Positions 12,413 to 24,073 of a stretch of DNA of 64,000 bases are shown one piece after another. Source of the stretch: Proteromonas lacertae (Eukaryota); assembly GCA_002245135.1 (NCBI GenBank), contig NGBS01000874.1, forward strand, positions 1 through 64,000, read 5' to 3'. A program made the translations under genes and the position numbers. Positions within the stretch are counted from its first letter, which is position 1. Each line of letters begins with the position of its first letter. Below the pieces are notes generated by a model. It saw only the letters and a list, made by a program, of their open reading frames with translations. It was not told where the DNA came from and ran no database searches.

Positions 12413-13270
12413 ATGAGTAAAGTTAATTTAGAAAAAATAAACAACATAGTCATAAATCCTGTTGAGACAGTAGTCAAAGGATGTGGAAAACGCTCCAAAG
12501 ATAGTGTCCTTGGATATGACTATTTTTAGGAGCCAATCTGCAACATATTTATTTTAGCTAAGAAAAACAGTGGCAAGACTACACTTATATTTAATATGAT
12601 CCAACACTTGCTAAAAAAGGGATATGACCAAGTAGTGTATTTTTTCGTTGCAACTATATCCAAGGATATCATATATGAGAAAATCACTGATATGCTCAAG
12701 TATAACCAAATTGAGTACCATTGCTATGATTCAGTAGTGAATGAAGATAGAGTGAATATATTGGATGCAGTATTAGATAATATCAAAGATATAGACAAAG
12801 ATAATTATGATTACCCAGAGAATATATTTATATTCGATGATATATCATTTGATTTAAGAAATAAATCCGTTTCTAAATTACTTAAGTCAAATCGCCATTA
12901 CAAGTCAAAAGTAATTATATCAAGTCAATATGTCACTGATATTACTCCATCAGTTCGTTTACAGCTTGATTACTGTTTGGTATTCAAAAACCTTAGTATG
13001 GCTAATTTACGAAATCTGTATGCAAGTTTAGATATATGGATCGATTTCGATGTTTTCAAGTCTTATTATGATTATGCAACCAAACAGAGTAATCACTCAT
13101 TTTTATATATCGATTTATATAATCATGAATTTAGAGTGAATTTTGATAGTAGAATAAGAGATAATAGTAATAATAGCTATAATCACAATAATAAATATGA
13201 TCACCTCATTTCCTATAGCAGCGATGATGAGTCCACTGATTCATCAAGTTATCCCAGCGATTCGGAATAA
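12413..13270 (+). pseudogene. A32-like genome packaging ATPase (in-frame TAG at 12527)
   Basis: Walker A AKKNSGKTT, Walker B IFIFDD, RHYK and SSQY motifs. Homologous to 52308..53069. Confidence 0.9.
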
Positions 13271-13328
13271 TAATAATAATCCCCATATTGTCACTAATAT
13301 AATTTTTTTGTTTATTTTGCTATATTTT

Positions 13329-14437
13329 ATGTTTGGCCGTCCTATTAAAAAACAAGCTGTATCAACAGATCTAACACCTGTCACGAGGGCACTGACATCG
13401 ATTACAAGCAATTTGGGAGAAAAAGTTGGAGATGCTAAATCGATTAGAGAAATGTTGGTCGATATCAAGAATAGTGGTACAGGAGGATCATCTGGATCAG
13501 GTGGTGGTATTGATAATGCAACTAGTGAGAAAATTGATGGAATTGTGAATGTCATTGGAAGAAATAAATTGGAAGATTGGGAAAAGAGCATATATGACTT
13601 AGTTTATAACATTGCTTGCAAATTATATACTGATGCAGATTCAATCGATGCTACATTAGGACTATACAACAATATATTAGGTGAAAAAGGGTTATATCAA
13701 ATGGTTGAAAGTATTAAATCAAAAATTGATAAAAATTATGAGGGTAATTGGAGGATACTAATTGGTACAGGAGATTGTGATGAATGGATAATCCAGATAG
13801 TGTATATGGATATACATATAATACACATAATATTATAAAAGATATGTCAAATAAAATGAATAGCACAAGAAGTACAATTGATACTATTGATAGTAGAATA
13901 GAATATATGTCTCAGTCTTATAGTGAATATCTAACAGGTGCAATTGGCAGTATTAACACATCTACCTACAATTATGATCAAACTCATAAAATGAAAGAAA
14001 TATATCATGATAGATGTATAGTATATGTTAATAGTGTTACTAACACCAGAAAGAGATTATATATGGAATATGGATATTACCCATCTTACTTAGAGATTAA
14101 TATATTAAACTATTTCAGAATTGATAATTCTGATGTAAAGTCATTTACCATATGTAGTAGTAAAGATTCAGATGATATGCGATCATTACAATATTTTATG
14201 TCAAAGAATGATTTAATTTCAAAATTAAATATTTCACCTGAAATGGACGAACTAAAAGAATCATTTGATATTGATTTAGCATTTCAAACATATACAGGTA
14301 GATTACAATATAAAAAAATACATTTAAGAATAACAGATGGTATGTTTGAATATAGAGTAGCAGATATGGGGGAAGGTGGATTTGATTGGCAATCTTCAAT
14401 AATACCTCAAAAAATATATTTACCATTGAAGAAGTAG
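13329..14437 (+). pseudogene. Putative fibre/spike protein (frameshift near 13780)
   Basis: Lies after the ATPase; helical N-terminal half with a Gly linker and a beta-rich C-terminal half. Same position as 53114..53896. Function is inferred. Confidence 0.4.
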
Positions 14438-14451
14438 ATTAATAATAAAAA

Positions 14452-15144
14452 TTAATTCTTCTTGTATTGTTGGTTTTGATTATCACTCTCAGTTCTTCTT
14501 TTCATCGGAGCAGGTGTTGTTGGTACTGGAATAATATCATAATCTGCAGGTTGTGTATACATATTCTCCAAATCTATATCATTTACATCCTGATTCTCAG
14601 CACACTGATCCTCATCATCCTCCTTCTCCTTCTCAAGTTTTTGCTCAAATTTCTTGATACTACTATGCACTTCAAAATTTGGGATAATAGTGTATTTTTC
14701 TTTATCCTTCTTATCTAATACAGTTATCTGTCTAATTCTCAAATCACACTGACACTCATAAAATAAATAACTTGGAGGATCTTTAATCTTGCTTAACCAT
14801 GCCCAGAATCTGACAGTGTTATTATCGTTGTCTTCAGGAAATATCACTTGGAAGCCACATTTCTTATAGTCTTTAACCATATTTGAGTCATCTGTATACT
14901 TGATGGCATAATCCACAAACATTTTTTTCAAAGGCTCCTTTACATCTTGATAATAATTTTTAATAGGTCTTCTGTTCTTAAATAAGAACCTTCCCGGAGT
15001 AAAACTCATGATATAGTACTTTGCATCTTTAATCTTTTCTGTATTTGGTTCAGCTTCATTACACCATCCTTTTACAGTTAAATAAGTAACATCTCTATCA
15101 TCTAATGTGATAAAATTAGATCCATTATTGATATTTGAACTCAT
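14452..15144 (-). CDS. Hypothetical viral protein with acidic tail
   Basis: Long ORF with likely ATG at MSSNINN. Confidence 0.55.
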   Translation of the reverse strand: MSSNINNGSNFITLDDRDVTYLTVKGWCNEAEPNTEKIKDAKYYIMSFTPGRFLFKNRRPIKNYYQDVKEPLKKMFVDYAIKYTDDSNMVKDYKKCGFQVIFPEDNDNNTVRFWAWLSKIKDPPSYLFYECQCDLRIRQITVLDKKDKEKYTIIPNFEVHSSIKKFEQKLEKEKEDDEDQCAENQDVNDIDLENMYTQPADYDIIPVPTTPAPMKRRTESDNQNQQYKKN

Positions 15145-15338
15145 ACCGCCAAAATGAATATTATATATCCGTTTCACAAAAAAAGATTTATGTGGTTTGA
15201 ATATGTTTGATACATTTGGAGCGATTATAAAAATTACCTCGCATACCATGAACATGTGTAAATTGTATAGTTTGATTACACAAGCTTATTTGATAGATTT
15301 CATTTCTTTTAAATTATATCATATCATTACACTCAAGC

Positions 15339-15569
15339 ATGTCAGACAACCAAAAAGATACTTCAGAAAAATATAAGGACTTAGATTATTGTGATTACAT
15401 ACCATTCGAAGAAGCTGTAAACAGATTCTGGGAGCGTATGGAGCAATTGGACACTAGTGGGAGTGATGCTTTATCTAAAGAGTATAATCGATTTTTAAAG
15501 GATTGGAAACAAGAAAGAGAAGAAATAATGAGAAGTAATTATAATAATTATAATAATAGTAACCAATAA
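15339..15569 (+). CDS. Small hypothetical protein
   Basis: 76 aa ORF with ATG start. Confidence 0.5.
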   Translation: MSDNQKDTSEKYKDLDYCDYIPFEEAVNRFWERMEQLDTSGSDALSKEYNRFLKDWKQEREEIMRSNYNNYNNSNQ

Positions 15570-15583
15570 TTAATCATTATCAA

Positions 15584-16219
15584 TTATGGTCTATAATATT
15601 CTCTTTTTGATATGACTCCCACAAATTTACAAAGACAATGATACACGCTCCATATTAACCGCTCATACTCATCTAACTCCCTTTCAAAATGCACCAACTC
15701 ATAGTGATTTCCTTCTTTTTCATTATTACGTATACGTTCCCATAGGCATATTAACACATTATGAACTCCAACTTTTACTGCAGAGTACGGAACAGTATCT
15801 TTCAAACATAATTTTATAGCATCATCGACTCTATTACTCACCTCTATACAATCTTCTACACTGAGATTAAAAAATCTTGTTTGAATTCTATAATGAGTTA
15901 GAGATTCTTTAAAAATTTCTAAAATATGCTGAATTTGAGTTATATTGAATTTCACACGTGGTAAACTCTCTTCACCAATTGGTAATGCTAAACCAGCATG
16001 TCCCTCACAATCACATATTGCTCTCTCACTATGCTCCAAAACATCTAAATTAGCTTTATATGTATGCACATCCATTTTCTTTACATCTTTCTCATTGAAT
16101 AGACATACTGGTTTTACAGCATCTTCAATCGGCAATGCTCTTTCTAATTCAGTGAAATCTAGAGGTTTAACAATACTTTTAGGTGAGTCAGTATGTTGTA
16201 ATGGTGGTACAGTATCCAT
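15584..16219 (-). CDS. Hypothetical viral protein
   Basis: ORF of about 211 aa from MDTVPP. Confidence 0.6.
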   Translation of the reverse strand: MDTVPPLQHTDSPKSIVKPLDFTELERALPIEDAVKPVCLFNEKDVKKMDVHTYKANLDVLEHSERAICDCEGHAGLALPIGEESLPRVKFNITQIQHILEIFKESLTHYRIQTRFFNLSVEDCIEVSNRVDDAIKLCLKDTVPYSAVKVGVHNVLICLWERIRNNEKEGNHYELVHFERELDEYERLIWSVYHCLCKFVGVISKREYYRP

Positions 16220-16278
16220 AATAAACAAAAAGAAATTAATTAAAAAAAATAAAGTAATTACGTTTAATCACTTAACAC

Positions 16279-16818
16279 TTAAAGATCTTCTAAATCTTCT
16301 TCTTTATCAAGGTTTTTTGAATCGTCACATTGCATGTTTGGCTTGACCAAATGCTTATGTTTTTTTGATGGTACTAATTCATCTAATGATTCAGATATAG
16401 CATTTAATAATTTTCTCTTGATGATGTGTATCTTATTATCATTGTCATTGACAATTTCAGGAATATCATATACATCATACCATTGATCATTATCGCTATC
16501 ATAATCATCCTGCTCCATATTCGATTCAGCGTCATTTTCATCTTCACTATATGCAATAAAATCCTTTAAATTACCATTACTATCAACATCACTTGCATTT
16601 GGATCATCTTCAGGATCATAGTCATCTGATTCATCGTCAGTACATTCTGCTTCTCCATATAAGTACTTATACACATTATCTAAATAATCATTCTCTCTTT
16701 TTCTTTTTTGACTGAATTGCATTTTCTTATCTTCTAAATTTTCTTTCTTTTGGTCTTGATCATTTGATTTACCCATTATGCCTATAACGTGTATGGTATT
16801 ATGGTTGTTTGAATCCAT
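16279..16818 (-). CDS. Acidic hypothetical protein
   Basis: DVDSNGNLKDFIAYSED acidic motif and KRKR NLS-like stretch. Confidence 0.55.
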   Translation of the reverse strand: MDSNNHNTIHVIGIMGKSNDQDQKKENLEDKKMQFSQKRKRENDYLDNVYKYLYGEAECTDDESDDYDPEDDPNASDVDSNGNLKDFIAYSEDENDAESNMEQDDYDSDNDQWYDVYDIPEIVNDNDNKIHIIKRKLLNAISESLDELVPSKKHKHLVKPNMQCDDSKNLDKEEDLEDL

Positions 16819-16886
16819 AGAACACAATATACAAAAAATAATAAAATGAAACGAATATATTTCAAATATTGATATTATGTTAATTA

Positions 16887-17246
16887 TTAACCTATTAATG
16901 TCATATTTTGTCTAGCATATTGCACAGGAGTTAAATTCTGTACTGGGTATGGTTGTTGTTGTTGTATTGGTGTTTGATTTCTCTCCATTAACACTTCATC
17001 TGTCAATTTATTTAATATAGCTTGTGCTTCCTTGAATGTCCATGGATTAATACTCTTTAACATCTGTTGTGCCTCTGGAGGTAATGTTTCGAGTGTTTTC
17101 AGTACTTGAGCTTGTTGATCATTTTGTACCGATTGTTGCGATTGTTGATTTGGTTGTTGTTGTGGTAGATATTGAGGGTGTTTACCATCTTGTTGATATG
17201 CAACACCACTATTAAATGTTATTTGAGGTATTGGACCAGCTGACAT
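16887..17246 (-). CDS. Gln-rich hypothetical protein
   Basis: ORF with a paralogue remnant at 22333..22539 (LPPEA..ML). Confidence 0.6.
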   Translation of the reverse strand: MSAGPIPQITFNSGVAYQQDGKHPQYLPQQQPNQQSQQSVQNDQQAQVLKTLETLPPEAQQMLKSINPWTFKEAQAILNKLTDEVLMERNQTPIQQQQPYPVQNLTPVQYARQNMTLIG

Positions 17247-17319
17247 ATTAAAAACGGCTATAATGGCAATATTGATATTATTGACTATATTATCACTCAA
17301 AAATATAATTTTTTAAATT

Positions 17320-17847
17320 ATGGTTAAAAGAAGTTCAAAAGCGAAATATCGTAAGTATATCATAGGTAAAGGCAAGTTCTGGGATGGAGTAAAGAATTTC
17401 TTTAAGAAAACAAAAATTTTATCAACAGCAGCTAGCTTAATCCCAGGTGTAGGTCCAGCCTTAGGTAATGTTGTATCCAATGTAGGATATGGTAGAAAAC
17501 GTAGAAGAAGAGGTGGACAAGCAGAATGGAATTATGATGGTGGTATAAGTGGTGGTTCTTTTTGGAATAAAGTTAAGAATGCAAAGATACCAAAGGAATT
17601 AAAAAATGTAATTAGTGGTGGTCCAGGCAGTATGCCCTATTTAAAAAATGGTGGAATGGCTAATCCATTTGCTGTAAAGATGTTAGGTGGTCCAAGCACT
17701 ATTCCAAAAAAGAATTGGACAAAAGGTGGTCCAAGTACTATTCCGAAATTTTTGTTAGCAAAGAAAAAGACTGGTTCTGGTAAAAGACGTAAAAGTAGTA
17801 ATAGTCTCGATAATCGATATATTGACAATAAGATTAGAGTTTTCTAG
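17320..17847 (+). CDS. Basic core/membrane-lytic precursor-like protein with adenain-type GG sites
   Basis: IIGK|G, ISGG|S, ISGG|P and MLGG|P sites, amphipathic FWDGVKNFF and SFWNKVKN helices, Arg clusters. Confidence 0.6.
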   Translation: MVKRSSKAKYRKYIIGKGKFWDGVKNFFKKTKILSTAASLIPGVGPALGNVVSNVGYGRKRRRRGGQAEWNYDGGISGGSFWNKVKNAKIPKELKNVISGGPGSMPYLKNGGMANPFAVKMLGGPSTIPKKNWTKGGPSTIPKFLLAKKKTGSGKRRKSSNSLDNRYIDNKIRVF

Positions 17848-17906
17848 TCTAATTTTATTTTTTTCTATTTTAATCGTATTTCTTTATTTTCATTCGAAAT
17901 AACATA

Positions 17907-18200
17907 ATGCCAAAAGGTGGTAGAAGACGTAGATGCGTTTATGGAAGAAGGGGTGGTTCATTTTGGGGTAAGTTAAAAAATTGGGGTTCCAAAGCATTTA
18001 ATTGGGCAAAGGATCATAAAATAGCATCCAAAATAGCTAGGGAATTTGGAAAGAACGATATCGCAGATGGATTATCAACAATGGGATTTGGTCGTAGAAG
18101 ACGTAGGTCAGGAAGAGGTAGATTACCATTCAATGGAGGTGGGAGTAATCAACAAGCATTATTGAATGCATATTTAAAATCAAAGGTGGCTCGAATGTAA
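17907..18200 (+). CDS. Adenovirus pVI/pX-like small basic protein
   Basis: RRGG|SFWGKLKNWGSKAFNW resembles the pVI amphipathic helix; poly-Arg stretches. Confidence 0.6.
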   Translation: MPKGGRRRRCVYGRRGGSFWGKLKNWGSKAFNWAKDHKIASKIAREFGKNDIADGLSTMGFGRRRRRSGRGRLPFNGGGSNQQALLNAYLKSKVARM

Positions 18201-18294
18201 GCTTGACTTTTAATAATGCTAATAATACTTATATTATTATTATTTTCATTGTTTTTTTTGTTAATTTTATTTTTCATAACATAGAAATAAAAAA

Positions 18295-18909
18295 ATGAGT
18301 GATACTGAATCAACTGAATATGTGAGTGATGATAGTTCTACTGACGCGTCTGATAGTGAAGTAGAGTCAATAAATGAAAATGATTCCAAGATGTCCAAAC
18401 CAAAAATCACAGAAGCTGAACCAAGTGATGCTATGATCAATGAATTACTATCACAATTCTCTCCAAAGGATATATACAACATATTACAGAATGATGGATC
18501 ATCATCTCATAAAAATTCAAAAAAAGGTAAAAAACACTCCCATAAATCCAGATCAAGATCAAGATCACATGAGAGATCCAAAAGAAGATCTAGTAAGAAA
18601 CAAAAATCAAATGCTTTAGACGAGCCTAAGTCCAAATGTGGTGGTGGTAGAAAAAATAGTAAAAAGGATAGGGACTCATCATTACCTCCTCCTAGTCGTA
18701 TGACAAAAGCTGAATTACAAATAGCTTTGAAAGAAACTAGAGATCAATTAGGTAAATATATGAAGAAATTAGAAAAGAGTTCAAATCCAAAGAAAGAGAA
18801 AATAGAGAAAGTAAAAGAACCAGAACCAGAAGAAGATAAACCATTAGGTAATGATATTGCAGGTAGAGAAATACAAGGCGAGCCTATCGAGCCTGTTTAT
18901 GTTCAATAA
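18295..18909 (+). CDS. Acidic N-terminus, SR/K-rich hypothetical protein
   Basis: 204 aa ORF with a paralogue remnant at 22953. Confidence 0.6.
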   Translation: MSDTESTEYVSDDSSTDASDSEVESINENDSKMSKPKITEAEPSDAMINELLSQFSPKDIYNILQNDGSSSHKNSKKGKKHSHKSRSRSRSHERSKRRSSKKQKSNALDEPKSKCGGGRKNSKKDRDSSLPPPSRMTKAELQIALKETRDQLGKYMKKLEKSSNPKKEKIEKVKEPEPEEDKPLGNDIAGREIQGEPIEPVYVQ

Positions 18910-18974
18910 TATTAATAATACTTATATTACACATTATTATTATAATTAAATTGTTTTTTTATTTTCTATTAAGT
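18754..18974 (+). repeat. 221 bp direct repeat (second copy 20671..20891)
   Basis: Identical KYMKKLEK...EPVYVQ* coding end and 3' flank. Confidence 0.9.
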
Positions 18975-18978
18975 TATT

Positions 18979-19839
18979 ATGAAAAAACTAAATAAGAAAA
19001 TACTACTTGCTGTGTTTGCTCGGATGAGAGGCAAAGGCAAAAGGAAGAAGATACGGAGAGGTGAAGGATATAAAGGACATGACAAATATTATCAGAGTTT
19101 ATATAATAATTTTTATAGAGAAAATGCGAAAGATTTAGTGGATATAAGAAACAGTCGTTTAAATGAAATAAAAGATGAGATTACTAAGTTGAATTCTAAA
19201 GACACTCCTCCTAATGAAGGTGATATTCGTAAATTGAATGATGAGCAAAAATTTTTAGAGAGACAGAATGCAATCGATTCTATGTTATCCACATCATTAC
19301 ATGAAGGTAATGCAATGGCTATACCACTTGCTAATAGTTTAAGAGAGATTGATGATCAGCATTTGTTTGGTCCTAACATGTATGTGAATATGAATAGACC
19401 TAATTACAATGAAATGGCTCAAGCAAGTGCAAAGACTAGGATGCAGATGGGTGAGTATATGAGTAATCCAATTAACCAAATCAAGATGTCACAAATGCAA
19501 CAAATGGTATATATGCTATATGTTTTGATTTATATATAATAGTAGAAGTTGAATAAATTGATTACTCCTAAAGCAGAAACAGATATTAAAGTACAGCCGT
19601 CAACTGATATTAAAGATGATAAAGGCGATGATAATAATGAAAATGATGATGAATATACTATTGATGATGTTAAGAACTTAACAAAGGAACAAATAGAAAA
19701 TGCATTAAAAAGTGATGAATTTACAGAAGCTCAGAAAACTAAAATAAAAGAGTTGTGGGAAGAAGCTCAAAAACAAGATGACTTTGAATCTGACTTTGAA
19801 GAAGATGCATGGCAATCTGTAGAACGAAAGAAAAGTTAA
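18979..19839 (+). CDS. Two-exon hypothetical viral protein (intron 19507..19545)
   Basis: A 39 nt GTATAT...TAGTAG intron containing the stop codons joins in-frame ORFs 18979.. and 19549... Confidence 0.65.
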
Positions 19840-19915
19840 TATCATCTACAATATCAGTAATGGCTATATTTCTAATAGTAATATTTCTCTATTTTTATAT
19901 TGTTTTATATATTTT

Positions 19916-20542
19916 ATGGGTGTTAAACGAAAGCATAAGCAACAATCATCACCAAAAGAAGAAGCAATTGATTTTGAGAATCCCTCTGTGTATCATAATG
20001 CACTTAAAAGAAAATTGAAAAAGATCATCTATAACAAGGTGAAAGATAACAAAAAAATAAAACTAGATCTCAGTCACATGGCTAACCCAACAGCCATTGT
20101 TGACAAAGGCAATGGTACATATGGATTAGATGTCTATGATCCTAAATCTAGTTTCAATAAATTTTATGATACTATAGGAGATGAGGATGATATAGAGGAA
20201 TTATCAAAGCCTGTTAATCCAAATATAAACGCAACAAAAAACAATTTCATGACTGATGAGATGAAATACAAATTATATATGTCAGGCATCACAGACCAGT
20301 TTGGACGATATTATAGGAACATAGGTAAGTATAACAAGCCATACTCAGATTATTATGCTCAACCAGAGAATTTAACATATCAATGGCAAAATCCATTTTT
20401 ATCTCAAATTGAAGGACAGCCATTACAACAATGGGGATCACAGTACAATGTAAATTCATATCAATCCAATCCAAGATGGAATAATAATGCTGGTACAGCA
20501 CAAAAGATCACGAGTATGAATTACAACAAGAAAATGAAATAG
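19916..20542 (+). CDS. Hypothetical viral protein
   Basis: 208 aa ORF. Confidence 0.55.
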   Translation: MGVKRKHKQQSSPKEEAIDFENPSVYHNALKRKLKKIIYNKVKDNKKIKLDLSHMANPTAIVDKGNGTYGLDVYDPKSSFNKFYDTIGDEDDIEELSKPVNPNINATKNNFMTDEMKYKLYMSGITDQFGRYYRNIGKYNKPYSDYYAQPENLTYQWQNPFLSQIEGQPLQQWGSQYNVNSYQSNPRWNNNAGTAQKITSMNYNKKMK

Positions 20543-20892
20543 TGAAAGCAAGGAATGAAGAATATCAGAGAAAGATAGCAACAATGGAAGAAAGAGAAAA
20601 ACAATCATTAATTTCAAAAATTGATAAATATTTCTCAGGTAATACAACATACGATTGGTTGAAATTTGGCAAATATATGAAGAAATTAGAAAAGAGTTCA
20701 AATCCAAAGAAAGAGAAAATAGAGAAAGTAAAAGAACCAGAACCAGAAGAAGATAAACCATTAGGTAATGATATTGCAGGTAGAGAAATACAAGGCGAGC
20801 CTATCGAGCCTGTTTATGTTCAATAATATTAATAATACTTATATTACACATTATTATTATAATTAAATTGTTTTTTTATTTTCTATTAAGTA

Positions 20893-22248
<1,356 letters not shown>

Positions 22249-22259
22249 TAATAATAGTT

Positions 22260-23377
22260 TTAATAAAGACCAGTTATTTGTGAATTAGCATAATCAGCAA
22301 TTTGTTTAACATAGGCATTATTATTATCTGGATTATTCCATCCTCTTTGGTTCATTGTAGGTACAGTTGGTTGATATTGTGTTGAAGATTGTGTATCTGT
22401 TTAACATATTCTTAGCTTCTGGTGGCAATTTATTCAATATTCCATATAATTCATTGTCTTTTTTTATATCATCTTCGCTATTAGTTGGTTGCTGAGAATA
22501 AACTGGGTTTTGGCCATCTAACTGAGGTGCAATACCCAAATATATTTACAGACATCCAAACGTTAAATCTGCAATAAAGAAGTTCAAAATTAGACCTTTT
22601 TTAAAAGGAGGGCCAATTACTATTCCTTATTTTCTAAAAAAGAAAGAACTGGAAGAAGAAGAAGAAGAAGAAGAAGTGATAGAAAAAGTAATAATGTGAC
22701 AATAAATTTGATAATCGCTTTATTGATAATAAGATAAGAGTACTTTAATATTATATTATATTATATTATATTATATTCTGTTTTAACCCTTTATATATTA
22801 GTTTAAAACATAATGGTAGTTGGTGGCAGAAGACATAGAAGACATAGAAGAGGGCGTAAAGGTGGATCATTAAAATCAATGTGGGGAAAATCAAAAAATT
22901 TGGGAAAGAAAGCATATGTATTAATTATTTCTTAATAAAATATAATTATTACATGAGTGATTCAGATTCAACAGATTATACTAGTGATGTAACATCATCT
23001 GAGGGTGAATTTAAGAACAATAATGAAAATGATGAAATTATGAAAAAAGTCTATAGAATGCTAACAAGTGATAATGAAAAAAAACATAAACATCACAACC
23101 ATGATTCATCAAATGATGTAATTATTAAAAGATTAGGATCTAGAAAGAGTGAAATAGATCAACTAAAAGAAGAGATAGGCATTATGAATGAAGATACTCA
23201 TGGAGATAATTCAATAAAAATTATAAATTAAACAAGTCAACAAAAGCTACTAGAAAGACAGAATATAATTGATCAACAACTAGCAAGTTCTCTTCATGTG
23301 GGTAATAGTATCTCTCATCCAATTGCAAAAGACTTAAGAGAGTCAAATGATCAAAAAATATTTGGATCACAATATAT
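22260..23377. pseudogene. Degenerate syntenic paralogue block from a second virus lineage
   Basis: Remnants homologous to 16887.., 17320.. (KGGPITIP, NRFIDNKIRVL), 17907.., 18295.. (MSDSDSTDY) and 18979.. (NDQKIFG), in the same order. Confidence 0.75.
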
Positions 23378-24073
23378 AGTATATAAATGGGACTATGGGA
23401 CATTGTCACAGAGTTCTAACGAGTGTTCTAGGAGTCCGTCCCCTTCTATATTCAGAGTTGAACTTTTGTACCAGGGTCCTATTTACGTAAGGTTCCTACG
23501 GGATTCCTCCCAACAGGGTCTACTTCTCAACGGGGTCTACTTTCCTACGGGAACTCCTCTAAGCTATTTCTATACCTATCTATGAGACGATCTCCTACGG
23601 GTACTCCTGGAAGCTATCTAGAAGTGTTGGTTACCTCGAGGTGATGGTAATGAAGAAGCAGTGATCTCTTTCGGAGTATGGGTAAGAACGTCTCAGAGGA
23701 AGCTTCCTTACCAAGGACGATGTTGCAGAGCAATATCGGACTTGGATAGGAAGGTTCCGTCGTAGACGTTCTTGTCCATGCCAGGAAGAAGAACTGCTTT
23801 CTTCATTACCAGGATCATTGAGAAGGTACTTTCATTTGATCATCATCCTGGATGTTGAATCTCTTGGAATTGTTGCTGCCCAACAAAGCAAGGTAAACTA
23901 TTTGCACCATGGTTGGGCAGCTCCGAAGGTGGTCACTGATTATAGTTATCCTCTTGCTTAGACTTCCTCTATCTATTACTATCCCTTAACTTCAGTCTAG
24001 GTAGGTATCGGCTTCTCCTGTAATGTTTTAGATCGATCCCAAGACAGAGCCTTATCGATGAAGATTGCAATCC

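Larger units (their letters stand above)
9308..13156 (+). repeat. Partner of the inverted duplication 1..3834
   Basis: Near-identical except for a patch of about 185 bp in the MCP gene. Confidence 0.95.

Noticed and set aside
10450..12529. TAA/TAG reassignment or readthrough suggested by in-frame stops in mCP and ATPase
   Set aside because: Intact genes terminate at TAA or TAG, long ORFs need no recoding, and homologues show ordinary residues (Asn, Tyr) at comparable stops. Simple nonsense mutations fit better.
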